36,044 bases of DNA, taken from an uncultured Gammaproteobacteria bacterium. Its GTDB lineage: Bacteria > Patescibacteriota > Patescibacteriia > Magasanikbacterales > UBA922. Of this stretch, positions 1 through 8,868 are shown piece after piece. The notes beneath the pieces were generated by a model, which ran no database searches, was not told the DNA's origin, and saw nothing but the letters and a program-made list of their open reading frames with translations. Each line of letters begins with the position of its first letter. The first letter of the stretch is position 1. The DNA is taken from positions 102,286 to 138,329 of the forward strand of contig CAYFPM010000002.1 of NCBI GenBank assembly GCA_964345045.1, given 5' to 3'. The translations under genes and the position numbers were made by a program.

Positions 1-432
1 ATTACCAACACCCACACAGTAGCTGGCCCAGGTAGCATCCAGGCTCTCAAAGAAGTGGGGCTCCACAAAGGCCGTGGCCTACTACTACTAGCAGAGATGA
101 CTCCAGAAGGCACCCTAGCCAGAGGCGAATACACAGAAAAAAGTATTTCTATGGCCAAGGCCAACCGCGACTTTGTAATAGGCTTTATTACTACCAGACA
201 GCTCACTCCAGATGAACCAGGGTTTATAAACATGACTCCGGGTGTAAAAATTACTGGTGGTGGCGATGGACATGGCCAGAGATACGCTACTCCAGAATCT
301 GTAATACTCGAAAAGAATTGTGATGTAATAATTGTAGGCCGAGGGATTACCGAAGCCGAAGACATGCTAGCCGAAGCCAAAAAGTATAGAGAGGCTGGTT
401 GGCGAGCGTATCAAGAGAGGATTAGTAATTAA
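1..432 (+). CDS. pyrF: Orotidine-5'-phosphate decarboxylase, URA3/UMPS-like subtype (5'-truncated by window edge)
   Basis: Frame is open from base 1 (ITNTHTVAGPG...RGLLLLAEM...DFVIGFI...MTPGV...GQRY...DVIIVGRGI...YREAGWRAY), matching yeast URA3-type motifs. Confidence 0.93.
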   Translation: MTNTHTVAGPGSIQALKEVGLHKGRGLLLLAEMTPEGTLARGEYTEKSISMAKANRDFVIGFITTRQLTPDEPGFINMTPGVKITGGGDGHGQRYATPESVILEKNCDVIIVGRGITEAEDMLAEAKKYREAGWRAYQERISN

Positions 433-434
433 GC

Positions 435-536
435 TCTCCCCCTATCAGGGGAAGCAGGCCTGCCCCGATCGAAGCATCGGGGAGGGGGGCTGGTATACGA
501 TTTGACCCCACCTTACCTCCCCTATTAGGGGAGGAA
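435..536. repeat. Gene-less inverted REP pair (REPIN/MITE-like), same family as the DUF559 flanks, with a nested palindrome at 459-482
   Basis: tctccccctatcaggggaagcagg[cctgccccgatcgaagcatcgggg]aggggggct...accccaccttacctcccctattaggggagga resembles 26151-26183 and 26564-26596. Confidence 0.75.
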
Positions 537-553
537 TAAATTCTGATTAAAAT

Positions 554-586
554 AAAAAACCCTGCACCGTTCTGGTGCAGGGTTTA
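554..586. terminator. Bidirectional intrinsic terminator
   Basis: aaaaaaccctgcacc-gttct-ggtgcagggttt between convergent pyrF and the 690-1070 ORF. Confidence 0.85.
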
Positions 587-689
587 TTTTTGAATGTTGT
601 CCGCGCCTACCGTGAGTGACTCTCGAACGGTAGGCGCGTGAGGGGTTGTCTGGTCGCTACAGAAGCTACCAAGACTGAGGTTGTTGTCT

Positions 690-1070
690 CTAGCCCCGAG
701 GGGTACGGACCTCGAACTGCCAGGCTGGGCAGCACGAAGAGGGACTGTTGCCGCCACGAAGCCCCTCCGGATCCATCTCCGGATACAAGGTCTTGCAGTT
801 GGGGCAGTGAACGATCGGCACCCGACGATGGTAGAGATCCCGCTGGAACAGCTGCGCAAGCAATTGCATCGAGGTCACCCCCAGATCTGGCTCTTCGCCG
901 CTGATCTTATGGATGGTTTCGATGATGTTTCTCATCGCCTTGCGAATCTGACCTGCATGTGCATCGTCTGTGAGGTCCGGGATCCTCACCGCGAGATCCG
1001 CGAACTTATCCAGATTACACAACTCGGCTGCGATACACAGTTCAGCAACAACGGTCTCGAAATCAGACAT
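690..1070 (-). CDS. GC-rich hypothetical protein, possible C-terminal Zn ribbon (CPNC...CC)
   Basis: ATG preceded by AGAGGA, own promoter upstream, terminator downstream. Confidence 0.65.
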   Translation of the reverse strand: MSDFETVVAELCIAAELCNLDKFADLAVRIPDLTDDAHAGQIRKAMRNIIETIHKISGEEPDLGVTSMQLLAQLFQRDLYHRRVPIVHCPNCKTLYPEMDPEGLRGGNSPSSCCPAWQFEVRTPRG

Positions 1071-1128
1071 TTTGGATCCTCTTTTCCCGCAATTTTTTTG
1101 TACCTGGTGTCACGAAACCAGACATTCC

Positions 1129-1157
1129 AAACTAACATAACTTATACTTTGTGTCAA
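1129..1157 (-). promoter_or_regulatory. Sigma70-type promoter for the 690-1070 ORF
   Basis: TTGACA-17 nt-TAGTTT with extended TG. Confidence 0.55.
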
Positions 1158-1242
1158 GACCAACAGACAACCAACAAAAAACTCGATTGTAAAATCGAGC
1201 AATTTGTTTTTATGTTTTAATGATTTTTTGTTTTAATGCTAC

Positions 1243-1848
1243 TCAGTCAATCATCATATCTACCACTGGTGCTGTTGGCAATTCATCATTATCAGCCAAA
1301 TTTTCATCATTGGCTGGTATTTGGTGACCACTTCCCCCGGTAACTTGCCCAATCGAAGTTTTGGCACTTTTCCTCTCCTCTAGACCAATAGAAGTATCAT
1401 AAATCCCCTTGCCTTTGCCTCCACCTACTTCTTCTTGCCTTTCTCTATTGGCTTCTTCGGCTCTAGCTTCTTTTTTCTTTTCATACTTTCTCCTTTCTTC
1501 GGCAGTCATATTTTTTGGATCAGTTTTATCCAATTTTGTAGCTTCTAGCTTGTGCATTTTGTCTACATGAGCAGCAGCTTGCATGCTTCTACCTTTCCAT
1601 TTGTCTTTTAGGTAGTCGGCCTTGTCTACTAGGCTATAAGTTTTTTTTCTCATGGCTCTAGTGTTAACTGCATTAGGGTTGTTTTCGTTTATCAAATTAT
1701 GACGCAATTTATTTTTTTCTGTAGAAGACAAGCCCTCTATCTTGGCCACCTCCTTGGCAATCGAATTTACAGATTTTTTACCAAACAAAGTTTTACCAGA
1801 TTTTAAGACACTATTTAAACCTTGAGATAATCTTTGGATTGGAGCCAT
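1243..1848 (-). CDS. Hypothetical charged/helical protein
   Basis: 201-aa ORF starting 1 nt after the miaA stop, host-like composition. Confidence 0.75.
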   Translation of the reverse strand: MAPIQRLSQGLNSVLKSGKTLFGKKSVNSIAKEVAKIEGLSSTEKNKLRHNLINENNPNAVNTRAMRKKTYSLVDKADYLKDKWKGRSMQAAAHVDKMHKLEATKLDKTDPKNMTAEERRKYEKKKEARAEEANRERQEEVGGGKGKGIYDTSIGLEERKSAKTSIGQVTGGSGHQIPANDENLADNDELPTAPVVDMMID

Positions 1849-1849
1849 A

Positions 1850-2791
1850 TTATTTTGTTAAAAAATTATCTACTAATTTTTCCGCTTCTTTGTAGTCCTT
1901 GCACCATTTTATATCTTTGTCTCTCTTGAACCAAGTTAACTGACGCTTGGCATAACGACGAGTATCTCTTTTCAAATCTTCTACTACTTCTTCTAGCTCT
2001 TTTTCACCTTCGAAATATGGTTTGAATTGTCGGTAGCCCACCCCACTCATACTAGGCAAATTCCAACCATACTTTTGTTTTACCAAAATTTTCACTTCTT
2101 CCAAAAGACCTTTTTCTATCATTTTGTCTACTCTTTTGTTTATTCTATCATACAGAGTCTCCTTATCTACCACAATTCCAATTTTCAAAACATCAAAAAT
2201 AGGGTCACCTTTTCTTTGTTGTGCCGAAAAAGGTTCTCCACTCATAATAGTAACTTCCAAAGCCCTTATAATTCTCCTTTTATTATTTTTGTCTATCTTT
2301 TTGGCCGAACCAGGATCAAGTGAAGTAAGTAAATAAAAAAGAGACGAAGCATCTTTTTTTTCTAGGCTGCGTCTTAATTTTTTATTCTCCGGAATTCTAG
2401 GGATATCGTAATTGTCTACCAAGGCTTGGATATATAGTCCAGTGCCTCCAACTATAAAAGGAGTCAAACCTTTTTTGTAAGACATCTTTATATATTTTAG
2501 AGCAGCATCTCTAAAATTGGCTACAGTAAAAGTCTTACCGGGATTAAGAAAATCTATTAAATGATGCGGAATATTTTCTACATAATAAGTTTTGCGAAGA
2601 CCATTTTGTTTCCATTCCCCTTCGGATTTGGCAGTTCCTATGTCCATTTTCTTATATATTTGCCTAGAATCTGCCGATATAATATCGCCATTATATTTTC
2701 TAGCCAATTTCAAACTCCATTCTGTTTTACCAGACGCAGTTGGCCCTAGTAGCACCACTAGTTTTGGTTTTTTTTGTTCTTCCTTGCCCAT
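1850..2791 (-). CDS. miaA: tRNA dimethylallyltransferase
   Basis: GPTASGKT, ISADSRQIY, DIGTAK, VGGTGLY, TRRYAKRQLTWF. Confidence 0.98.
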   Translation of the reverse strand: MGKEEQKKPKLVVLLGPTASGKTEWSLKLARKYNGDIISADSRQIYKKMDIGTAKSEGEWKQNGLRKTYYVENIPHHLIDFLNPGKTFTVANFRDAALKYIKMSYKKGLTPFIVGGTGLYIQALVDNYDIPRIPENKKLRRSLEKKDASSLFYLLTSLDPGSAKKIDKNNKRRIIRALEVTIMSGEPFSAQQRKGDPIFDVLKIGIVVDKETLYDRINKRVDKMIEKGLLEEVKILVKQKYGWNLPSMSGVGYRQFKPYFEGEKELEEVVEDLKRDTRRYAKRQLTWFKRDKDIKWCKDYKEAEKLVDNFLTK

Positions 2792-2792
2792 A

Positions 2793-4157
2793 TTATTTGG
2801 CCCACATCATCCAAGTATCGGTTTTAAAAACTTTTGCTTTTACAATCTTACCAATCATAGACTCGTCTCCTTTTATAGACACGCGCTTCATCTCGGCAGA
2901 ATTGCCCATACACCAACCATTTTTGTAAGAGTCTATCAAAACAGAAACTTCTTTATCTAGATATTTTTTATTTTTTCTAGTAGTAATTTCTTCCATTAAT
3001 TCTTGCAACACTTGCCACCGTCTTTTCTTTTCTTCCTTAGTTACATCATCTTTGTAAATCTTGGTGGCGAGTGTTCCAGATCTGGTAGAATATTGCGCAT
3101 GATAAGAAATATCAAAATCACACTCCTTGTACATACTTACTGTATCATTAAATTGTTCTTCTGTCTCGCCACAAAAACCCACGATAATATCTGTGGCAAT
3201 AGCAATCCCCGGCCTAGCTTCTCTTATTTTTTTGATCGTTTCTATAAAAAATTCTCTATCATGTCTTCTATTCATTCTTTTTAGCACTTCGGTATTCCCA
3301 GATTGAACCGGCAGATGAATAAAATTTAGCTGTTTTGGTAATTTGATTGCTTCCAAAAGTTCTTCGTCTATATATAGTGGGTGAGGAGCTGTCCAGTGAA
3401 TTCTTTCTATTCCCTCTATTTGATTAATCTCCCAAAGTAGCTTGGCAAAATCATTTTCTACAAAAGGGTTAGTCTTTGAAAAAGCATCTGAGGGAACACT
3501 CATCCCGACTTTACGTCGGGATTGGTCTGGAGCTATGTAATGGTTCACAATTTGCCCAAGCAAGGTTACTTCTACACAGCCTTCGGCTGCCAAATTTTTT
3601 ACCTCGTCTATGATATCTTTGGCACTTCTGTTTACCTCTAGCCCACGCGCATATGGCACTACACAATAGGTACAAAAATGATTACAACCAGTCTGGATAG
3701 TTACAAAAGCTTGGTATTTTTGTTTTAGGTTGGGATTGAGCTTTAGGTAATCTTCTGCCAAGTCGTCCATAATTCTTAGATCTGGATTTAGTTCGGTTAG
3801 TTTACTTGGCAAACTAGTCATGTCTTTGGTAGGAAAATACAAATCAACTTCTTTTAGTCTGCGTTTGATAGCTTTGTCTTTGTCTCTACCTGGCATACAA
3901 CCGGTCACCCCAATTATCAAATTGGGGGTTGTCTTTTTCAATTTGTTTAGATATTCCACCTTACCAAAAATTCTAGCTTCGGCAGTTTCTCTTACCGAAC
4001 AACTATTTAGTATTACTACATCGGCTTCTTCTGTTTTTTCTGTTGGCACAAGCCCCATATTTTCCAACACAAAAGACAACCTATCCGAATCGTTCTTATT
4101 CATCTGGCAACCAAAGGTAATGATTTGGTAACTATACTGTTTTGTATTTTCTTTCAT
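2793..4157 (-). CDS. miaB: tRNA methylthiotransferase (radical SAM)
   Basis: TFGCQMN, NSCSVRE, CNHFCTYC, HLPVQSG, DIIVGF, C-terminal TRAM-like region; adjacent to miaA. Confidence 0.96.
   Translation of the reverse strand: MKENTKQYSYQIITFGCQMNKNDSDRLSFVLENMGLVPTEKTEEADVVILNSCSVRETAEARIFGKVEYLNKLKKTTPNLIIGVTGCMPGRDKDKAIKRRLKEVDLYFPTKDMTSLPSKLTELNPDLRIMDDLAEDYLKLNPNLKQKYQAFVTIQTGCNHFCTYCVVPYARGLEVNRSAKDIIDEVKNLAAEGCVEVTLLGQIVNHYIAPDQSRRKVGMSVPSDAFSKTNPFVENDFAKLLWEINQIEGIERIHWTAPHPLYIDEELLEAIKLPKQLNFIHLPVQSGNTEVLKRMNRRHDREFFIETIKKIREARPGIAIATDIIVGFCGETEEQFNDTVSMYKECDFDISYHAQYSTRSGTLATKIYKDDVTKEEKKRRWQVLQELMEEITTRKNKKYLDKEVSVLIDSYKNGWCMGNSAEMKRVSIKGDESMIGKIVKAKVFKTDTWMMWAK
3502..3522. repeat. 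GC-rich palindrome read in-frame inside miaB
   Basis: atcccgac-tttac-gtcgggat; encodes part of DQSRRKVGMS. Confidence 0.6.
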
Positions 4158-4174
4158 AATCTATGATATCAGAT

Positions 4175-4270
4175 TTAATCTGTCTGCCACGCCGTAGCTT
4201 GGAGCGAAGCGCAAAGCGAAGGCGGGCAACCAAAGGTGATGATTTGGTATTTGTATGTTTTTACTTCCAT
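4175..4270 (-). pseudogene. Duplicated 5' fragment of miaB interrupted by a REP-like insert
   Basis: Translates MEVKTYKYQIITFGC-PPSLCASLQATAWQTD*; taccaaatcatcacctttggttgc matches miaB taccaaatcattacctttggttgc. Confidence 0.8.
4183..4225. repeat. REP-like element (cttcgct...aagctacggcgt family)
   Basis: acgccgtagcttggagcgaag resembles acgccgtagctttagcgaag at 19514-19533. Confidence 0.75.
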
Positions 4271-4311
4271 AATCAGTAATTTGAACGTAAATTAATATTG
4301 GAATTAAGAAA

Positions 4312-4386
4312 TAGTTCATGGCCAATAGCCAATGATTCACATAATCCAAGCAGAACGATTGGCTACGAACCAAGAACTGTGAACTA
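4312..4386. repeat. Inverted pair of 7-nt tandem arrays
   Basis: tagttca tggccaa tagccaa tgattca ... ttggcta cgaacca agaactg tgaacta. Confidence 0.7.
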
Positions 4387-4476
4387 TCTAAATTTTGTTT
4401 TCTTGCTTTATTAATTTTATGATCCTATGTTTTAATGAAAAATACCTTATTTAAGCCAAAAAATCAAGCCCCCTCA

Positions 4477-4505
4477 TTGACAAAAACTGATTTTTTTGCT
4501 ATATT
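4477..4505 (+). promoter_or_regulatory. Sigma70 promoter
   Basis: TTGACA-17 nt-TATATT with extended TG. Confidence 0.75.
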
Positions 4506-4551
4506 TAGTTGTTTATTATGATATAATTACTTTATTCTTAAAATAACTATT

Positions 4552-6636
4552 ATGTCAGCAGCTCCTAGGAGGGAAATGCCCCCTTCCGATTTAGAACAAA
4601 TTATTCCTATCGAAAAAGAACCCCAAGCTAAAGAAGCTGGGCATTTGAAAGTGGTAGAAAAAAAACCTGAAGCTGAATCCCAAGCAAAAGAGCCTATTAC
4701 TGCTGCTGCTTTGCTTGCTGATAAAAATATCCCTGCCAAAAGAAGAGCTAGTGCTGAAAAAGCTTTTTCTGGGGGGGATCCTTTCGCCAGAACTCCATTA
4801 GGATTAGGAGAAGAAAAAATTATAGAAGCCCAATTGGAGGGACAGTTTAGAAAAGGGAAAATCGCCATTGAAGGAAAAAACTGGCAAAAACAAGTAGAAC
4901 AAGCCAGAAAAGTGGGTGAAGAAGCTATAGAAGCAGAAAAAAAAGCAGAAGCAGAAGCAAAAAAAGAATCCCTTGCAAAAGCTAAAGAAAGATTAAAACT
5001 TCAACCAAAAGAAATATCTGACACATTACAACCAAAAGCCAGAATTCACGCTGCTCCAGAAACGGGTCGGCATGGAGGATATGAAATGGCTCAAAGATTA
5101 TCCGAAACTTCCCGTAAAAAAGAAGTTGAAATTTACAAACTCGTGAACGAATTAACTAGATGGAGAGATGCCATAAACGGGACATCTACAGGTATAGATA
5201 CTGGTTATTTTATAAAAGCCAATACTTTTGAGGTTATAGAAAAACCTGGATTTAGAAATTTTTTTAGAAGAAGAAAATTCAAAAATGAAATAGCAGATAT
5301 CGAAAAACTCACAAATAGATTACATTTGTTGAGAAAAGATGTAGAAACAATTGAAAGTGATTTGAAAAGAAGAAGCTTAGATTTGACAGAGCCCACCAAA
5401 AAACCCAAAGCAATATCCAATAGTGGGATAAGAGAGGCTTATGGAGAAGTAGCAGCTGAGCAAGTTGCTAGAGCTCCAGAGCTAAGGAATGTAACCCCCG
5501 CTACAGAACAAGGTAAAGATACCAGCTTCAACTTTGATAAAGAAAAAACTAAAATGACTAGCACAGCAGACCTAGATGCTGAAATGGCAAGGTACAAAAA
5601 ATTATTCCCGCTTTTTGAAAAATATTTTCCAGGAAAAGTCACCAGAAGCAAACAAAATCATAAAGTGTTTGTCTTTACTCATCAGAATGGGAGAATACAA
5701 AAATTTCCAGAATTTTCTCAAATGGTCAAGAATTCCTTAAGCTCAAAAACTGACCTAGCAATGAGCGCAGAAGATGTTGGCGAGGCATTAAAATATTGGC
5801 TTAGTTACAAAGCAGAAGATTTAAAATTAGATGAAAACGAAAAACAAACAACTGACAAAAAATGGGTGACTCGTACACAAAAACCACCTGAAGAATTAAA
5901 AGAAAATGATTATTCCGCGGATGAAGAACCTCTTAAAAAACCATCCTATACAGCCAAAGAAATGGCAGAAGGACTAAGTAGCCAAGTAGGGCTAGATGAA
6001 CGTATTGCTAAACAAGAAGCAGCGACTCGAGCAGAAGCAATATCTAATTTAAGAATAAAAACTAAACAAGAATCTCCTGGAGATGAAATTGAAAAATCAA
6101 AATGGGAACAAAAAGAAGCTCAATTTGAGAGTATAATAAAACTATCGTTGGATGAGACAGATCCAGATAGATTAGACAGGGTCCCAATAGAAGAGCTACA
6201 AGAAACAAGTGACTATATTGCTGGCATGTTGGAAAAAGTAGAAAGATATGATCTAGAGCTACCCAAGGGGAAAAACAAAATAGAATTAGAAAGAGCAAAA
6301 AAGATTATAGATGAAGCTATCGAAAAAGAAAAAAAACAAACACTATCAATTGAAGCAAAGATAGATATACTAAAAAATATAGATCCAAAAGATAATGATG
6401 CCGTAGACAAAGCCTTAAGTATAGTTTCTTTGGATGGTATAAATAAAAAAACGCTAGAAAGACTATCCTTTGATATGCTAAGTGATCTTAAACAAAATTT
6501 AGCCAATATTATTTTGGAACAAAGAAAATTAAAAAGGCCGGAAGAAAAAATTAAAGAGTTAGAACGAATTCATACAACAGTATCATTATTTATATCAGAT
6601 ATTAGACAAGCAGAGTTCGACAAAAACGCCAAATAA
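4552..6636 (+). CDS. Large E/K-rich hypothetical coiled-coil protein
   Basis: 694-aa ORF with its own promoter and terminator; no motif recognised. Confidence 0.85.
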   Translation: MSAAPRREMPPSDLEQIIPIEKEPQAKEAGHLKVVEKKPEAESQAKEPITAAALLADKNIPAKRRASAEKAFSGGDPFARTPLGLGEEKIIEAQLEGQFRKGKIAIEGKNWQKQVEQARKVGEEAIEAEKKAEAEAKKESLAKAKERLKLQPKEISDTLQPKARIHAAPETGRHGGYEMAQRLSETSRKKEVEIYKLVNELTRWRDAINGTSTGIDTGYFIKANTFEVIEKPGFRNFFRRRKFKNEIADIEKLTNRLHLLRKDVETIESDLKRRSLDLTEPTKKPKAISNSGIREAYGEVAAEQVARAPELRNVTPATEQGKDTSFNFDKEKTKMTSTADLDAEMARYKKLFPLFEKYFPGKVTRSKQNHKVFVFTHQNGRIQKFPEFSQMVKNSLSSKTDLAMSAEDVGEALKYWLSYKAEDLKLDENEKQTTDKKWVTRTQKPPEELKENDYSADEEPLKKPSYTAKEMAEGLSSQVGLDERIAKQEAATRAEAISNLRIKTKQESPGDEIEKSKWEQKEAQFESIIKLSLDETDPDRLDRVPIEELQETSDYIAGMLEKVERYDLELPKGKNKIELERAKKIIDEAIEKEKKQTLSIEAKIDILKNIDPKDNDAVDKALSIVSLDGINKKTLERLSFDMLSDLKQNLANIILEQRKLKRPEEKIKELERIHTTVSLFISDIRQAEFDKNAK

Positions 6637-6665
6637 AAAAACCTCCGGCTTACCGGAGGTTTTTT
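6635..6665. terminator. Bidirectional terminator
   Basis: aaaaaaacctccgg-ctta-ccggaggtttttt. Confidence 0.9.
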
Positions 6666-6668
6666 ATT

Positions 6669-8420
6669 TTATGCTCTTCTATCTGCAATTTCTTTTTTCA
6701 CTCTTTCTACAAATTCTTCCTTACTCATACTTTCTTGATTCTCTTGCCCGCGCACTCTCACCATAAGATCCTCTCCACCAAGCTCTTTGTCCCCCACTAC
6801 TAGCACATACGGAATTTTTTGTTTGGCAGATTTACGTATTTTATTTCCCACTGTTTCGTCGGCTTCGTCCACACTTACTCGTATTCCAGCTGCTTCAAAT
6901 TCTCTAGCCATTTCTTTGGCACCGGCTAGATGCTTGTCGGTAGACACAGGCAAGATAGCTACTTGCACTGGTGAAAGCCAAACTGGAAAAGCTCCAGCAT
7001 GATGCTCGATAAGAATGGAGAAAAATCTTTCGATAGATCCCATAATTGCAGCATGAACCATTACTATCCTTTCGTCCTCCCCAGATTCATTTACACAAGA
7101 CAAATCAAATCTCTCTGGCATATTAATATCCAGCTGGATAGTGGCTACTTGCCACTCTCTTCCAATCGAGTCTTTGGTCATAAAGTCTACCTTTGGCCCA
7201 TAAAAAGCGGCTTCCCCTTTTTCTTCTACATAAATTACTCCCCTTTCTGTAGCAATCTCTCGCAAAGCATTCTCAGCTTTGTCCCACATTTCTTTGGTAC
7301 CAAGATAAGCTTCGAAATTTTCTGGATCATGTAGTGACAAACGTACAGACAATTCACCAAAACCAACTGATTTGTAAAAAATATTAATAATATCCCAGAT
7401 TTTAAGGAACTCTTCCTTCATCTGTTCTTCTCTACAAAAAACATGAGCATCATCTTGGGTAATAGATCGCACACGAGACAAACCATGCAATTCACCAGTC
7501 TGCTCATCTCTATAAACCATGGTAGTATTGGCATATCTCTGTGGCATTTCTCTGTAGCTATGCATCTTACGATCAAATATTTGGGTATGATGCGGGCAGT
7601 TCATGGGCTTCATAGCAAATTCATGCCCTTCTCTGGTATTTATTTTCATGAGCTCATCTTTGAATTTGGCCCAGTGCCCACTGGTCTCGTATAACTCCTT
7701 TTTGGTAATATGTGGAATCTCCACTTTTTCATAACCTCTTTCTTTACGCAATTCCCAGACATAATCGTCCAAAATATTACGAAGGAGTGCGCCTCTAGGA
7801 GTCCAAAGTGGCAAACCAGAACCAACCAAATCTGAAAAAGTAAACAAGTCCAATTCCTTACCAAGTTTTCTGTGATCTCTTTTCTTAGCTTCTTCCAGCA
7901 TTTCCAAATGTTTGTGCAATTCGTCCTTGGTTGGAAAACAAGTCCCATAAATACGAGTCAACATAGGATTCTTCTCGTCCCCTCTCCAATACGCTCCGGC
8001 CACAGATAGTAGCTTGAAATGTTGTACATCCTTGGCAGGTCGCTCGCTGTGCCCACCACGACAAAGATCTGTAAAACCACCACAAGTGTAAAGGGTTATC
8101 TTTTCACCTCTATCTACAATCTCATCAATCAATTCTTCTTTATATTCATTGCCTTTAAAAAATTCTTTAGCCTCATCCCTACTCACCTCACGACTAGTAA
8201 ATTCTGTCCATTGTGGCAAAAGTTTTTTCATTTTCTTTTCAATTTTTTTCAAATCTTCTTCACTTACCTTGTCTTTGCCAAAATCAATATCATAATAAAA
8301 ACCATTCTCAATTGGTGGGCCCAGAGTTACTTTGGCATCTGGCCAAATCTCCTTGGCAGCTGCGGCCATAAGATGGGCACAAGAATGCCGGATTTTGTCT
8401 AAATATTGTTTGTCTTCCAT
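6669..8420 (-). CDS. thrS: Threonyl-tRNA synthetase (start moved to ATG at 8420)
   Basis: RHSCAH, DLCRGGH, DHRKLG, KPMNCPHH, QDDAH, AFYGPK, GSIERF. Confidence 0.98.
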   Translation of the reverse strand: MEDKQYLDKIRHSCAHLMAAAAKEIWPDAKVTLGPPIENGFYYDIDFGKDKVSEEDLKKIEKKMKKLLPQWTEFTSREVSRDEAKEFFKGNEYKEELIDEIVDRGEKITLYTCGGFTDLCRGGHSERPAKDVQHFKLLSVAGAYWRGDEKNPMLTRIYGTCFPTKDELHKHLEMLEEAKKRDHRKLGKELDLFTFSDLVGSGLPLWTPRGALLRNILDDYVWELRKERGYEKVEIPHITKKELYETSGHWAKFKDELMKINTREGHEFAMKPMNCPHHTQIFDRKMHSYREMPQRYANTTMVYRDEQTGELHGLSRVRSITQDDAHVFCREEQMKEEFLKIWDIINIFYKSVGFGELSVRLSLHDPENFEAYLGTKEMWDKAENALREIATERGVIYVEEKGEAAFYGPKVDFMTKDSIGREWQVATIQLDINMPERFDLSCVNESGEDERIVMVHAAIMGSIERFFSILIEHHAGAFPVWLSPVQVAILPVSTDKHLAGAKEMAREFEAAGIRVSVDEADETVGNKIRKSAKQKIPYVLVVGDKELGGEDLMVRVRGQENQESMSKEEFVERVKKEIADRRA

Positions 8421-8534
8421 ATAAAAAATTAAATTCAAAGATACAAATTGCAAGACACAAATTTTGTAGCTTACAATTTACATCTTAACTTCAAAATAAA
8501 TCTGAGTAATCATCTAAAATCTAGGCCATCTGCG

Positions 8535-8810
8535 ACAAACAAAAAACCCCAAATATCACAATCGATACCGGGGTCAATAATGGCAATATTCGTAATTCGC
8601 ACATCAAAGACGGTTCCACCCGCTTATTTTGCTTTTGTAAATTTTCTTTTCAATCAAAATCTAGTATTTCATAGAAGGTGGTACCACCCAGTTATCCTAC
8701 TGGGTTCATCCTGAATTTTTCAGGCGAAACGGATTTTTTACAAGAAGGTTCTCAATTTTACCTTCTCTCCCTGTGAAAAAAATTCTCCATGGGCTGGCCT
8801 TCACCAATAA
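8535..8810 (-). promoter_or_regulatory. T-box riboswitch leader of thrS
   Basis: Antiterminator GGG-UGGAACC-GUC...GAC-CCC (bulge 8612-8618) overlaps terminator CCCCGGUAUC..GAUAUUUGGGG-U6 (8541-8573); candidate ACC (Thr) specifier at 8680-8682 next to a GAAGG/CCUUC stem. Confidence 0.85.
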
Positions 8811-8814
8811 ACCA

Positions 8815-8843
8815 ATCTTATTTTAATTTGCCTTTTTTGTCAA
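8815..8843 (-). promoter_or_regulatory. Sigma70 promoter for the thrS leader
   Basis: TTGACA-17 nt-TAAGAT. Confidence 0.8.
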
Positions 8844-8868
8844 TAGATAAATGTTTTTACACGTAAGT

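Noticed and set aside
681..1220. 179-aa + strand ORF and other overlapping frames
   Set aside because: Runs from GC-rich into AT-rich intergenic DNA; expression signals support the minus ORF 690-1070
4161..4373. 70-aa ORF upstream of miaB
   Set aside because: Made of a heptamer array, an out-of-frame miaB fragment and a REP
4920..4966. gaagca repeats in the 694-aa ORF
   Set aside because: Period is a multiple of 3 and is explained by EA/EK amino-acid repetition, unlike the heptamer arrays
8677..8689. Second (tandem) T-box antiterminator
   Set aside because: No paired helix or terminator follows; better explained as the specifier side of stem I
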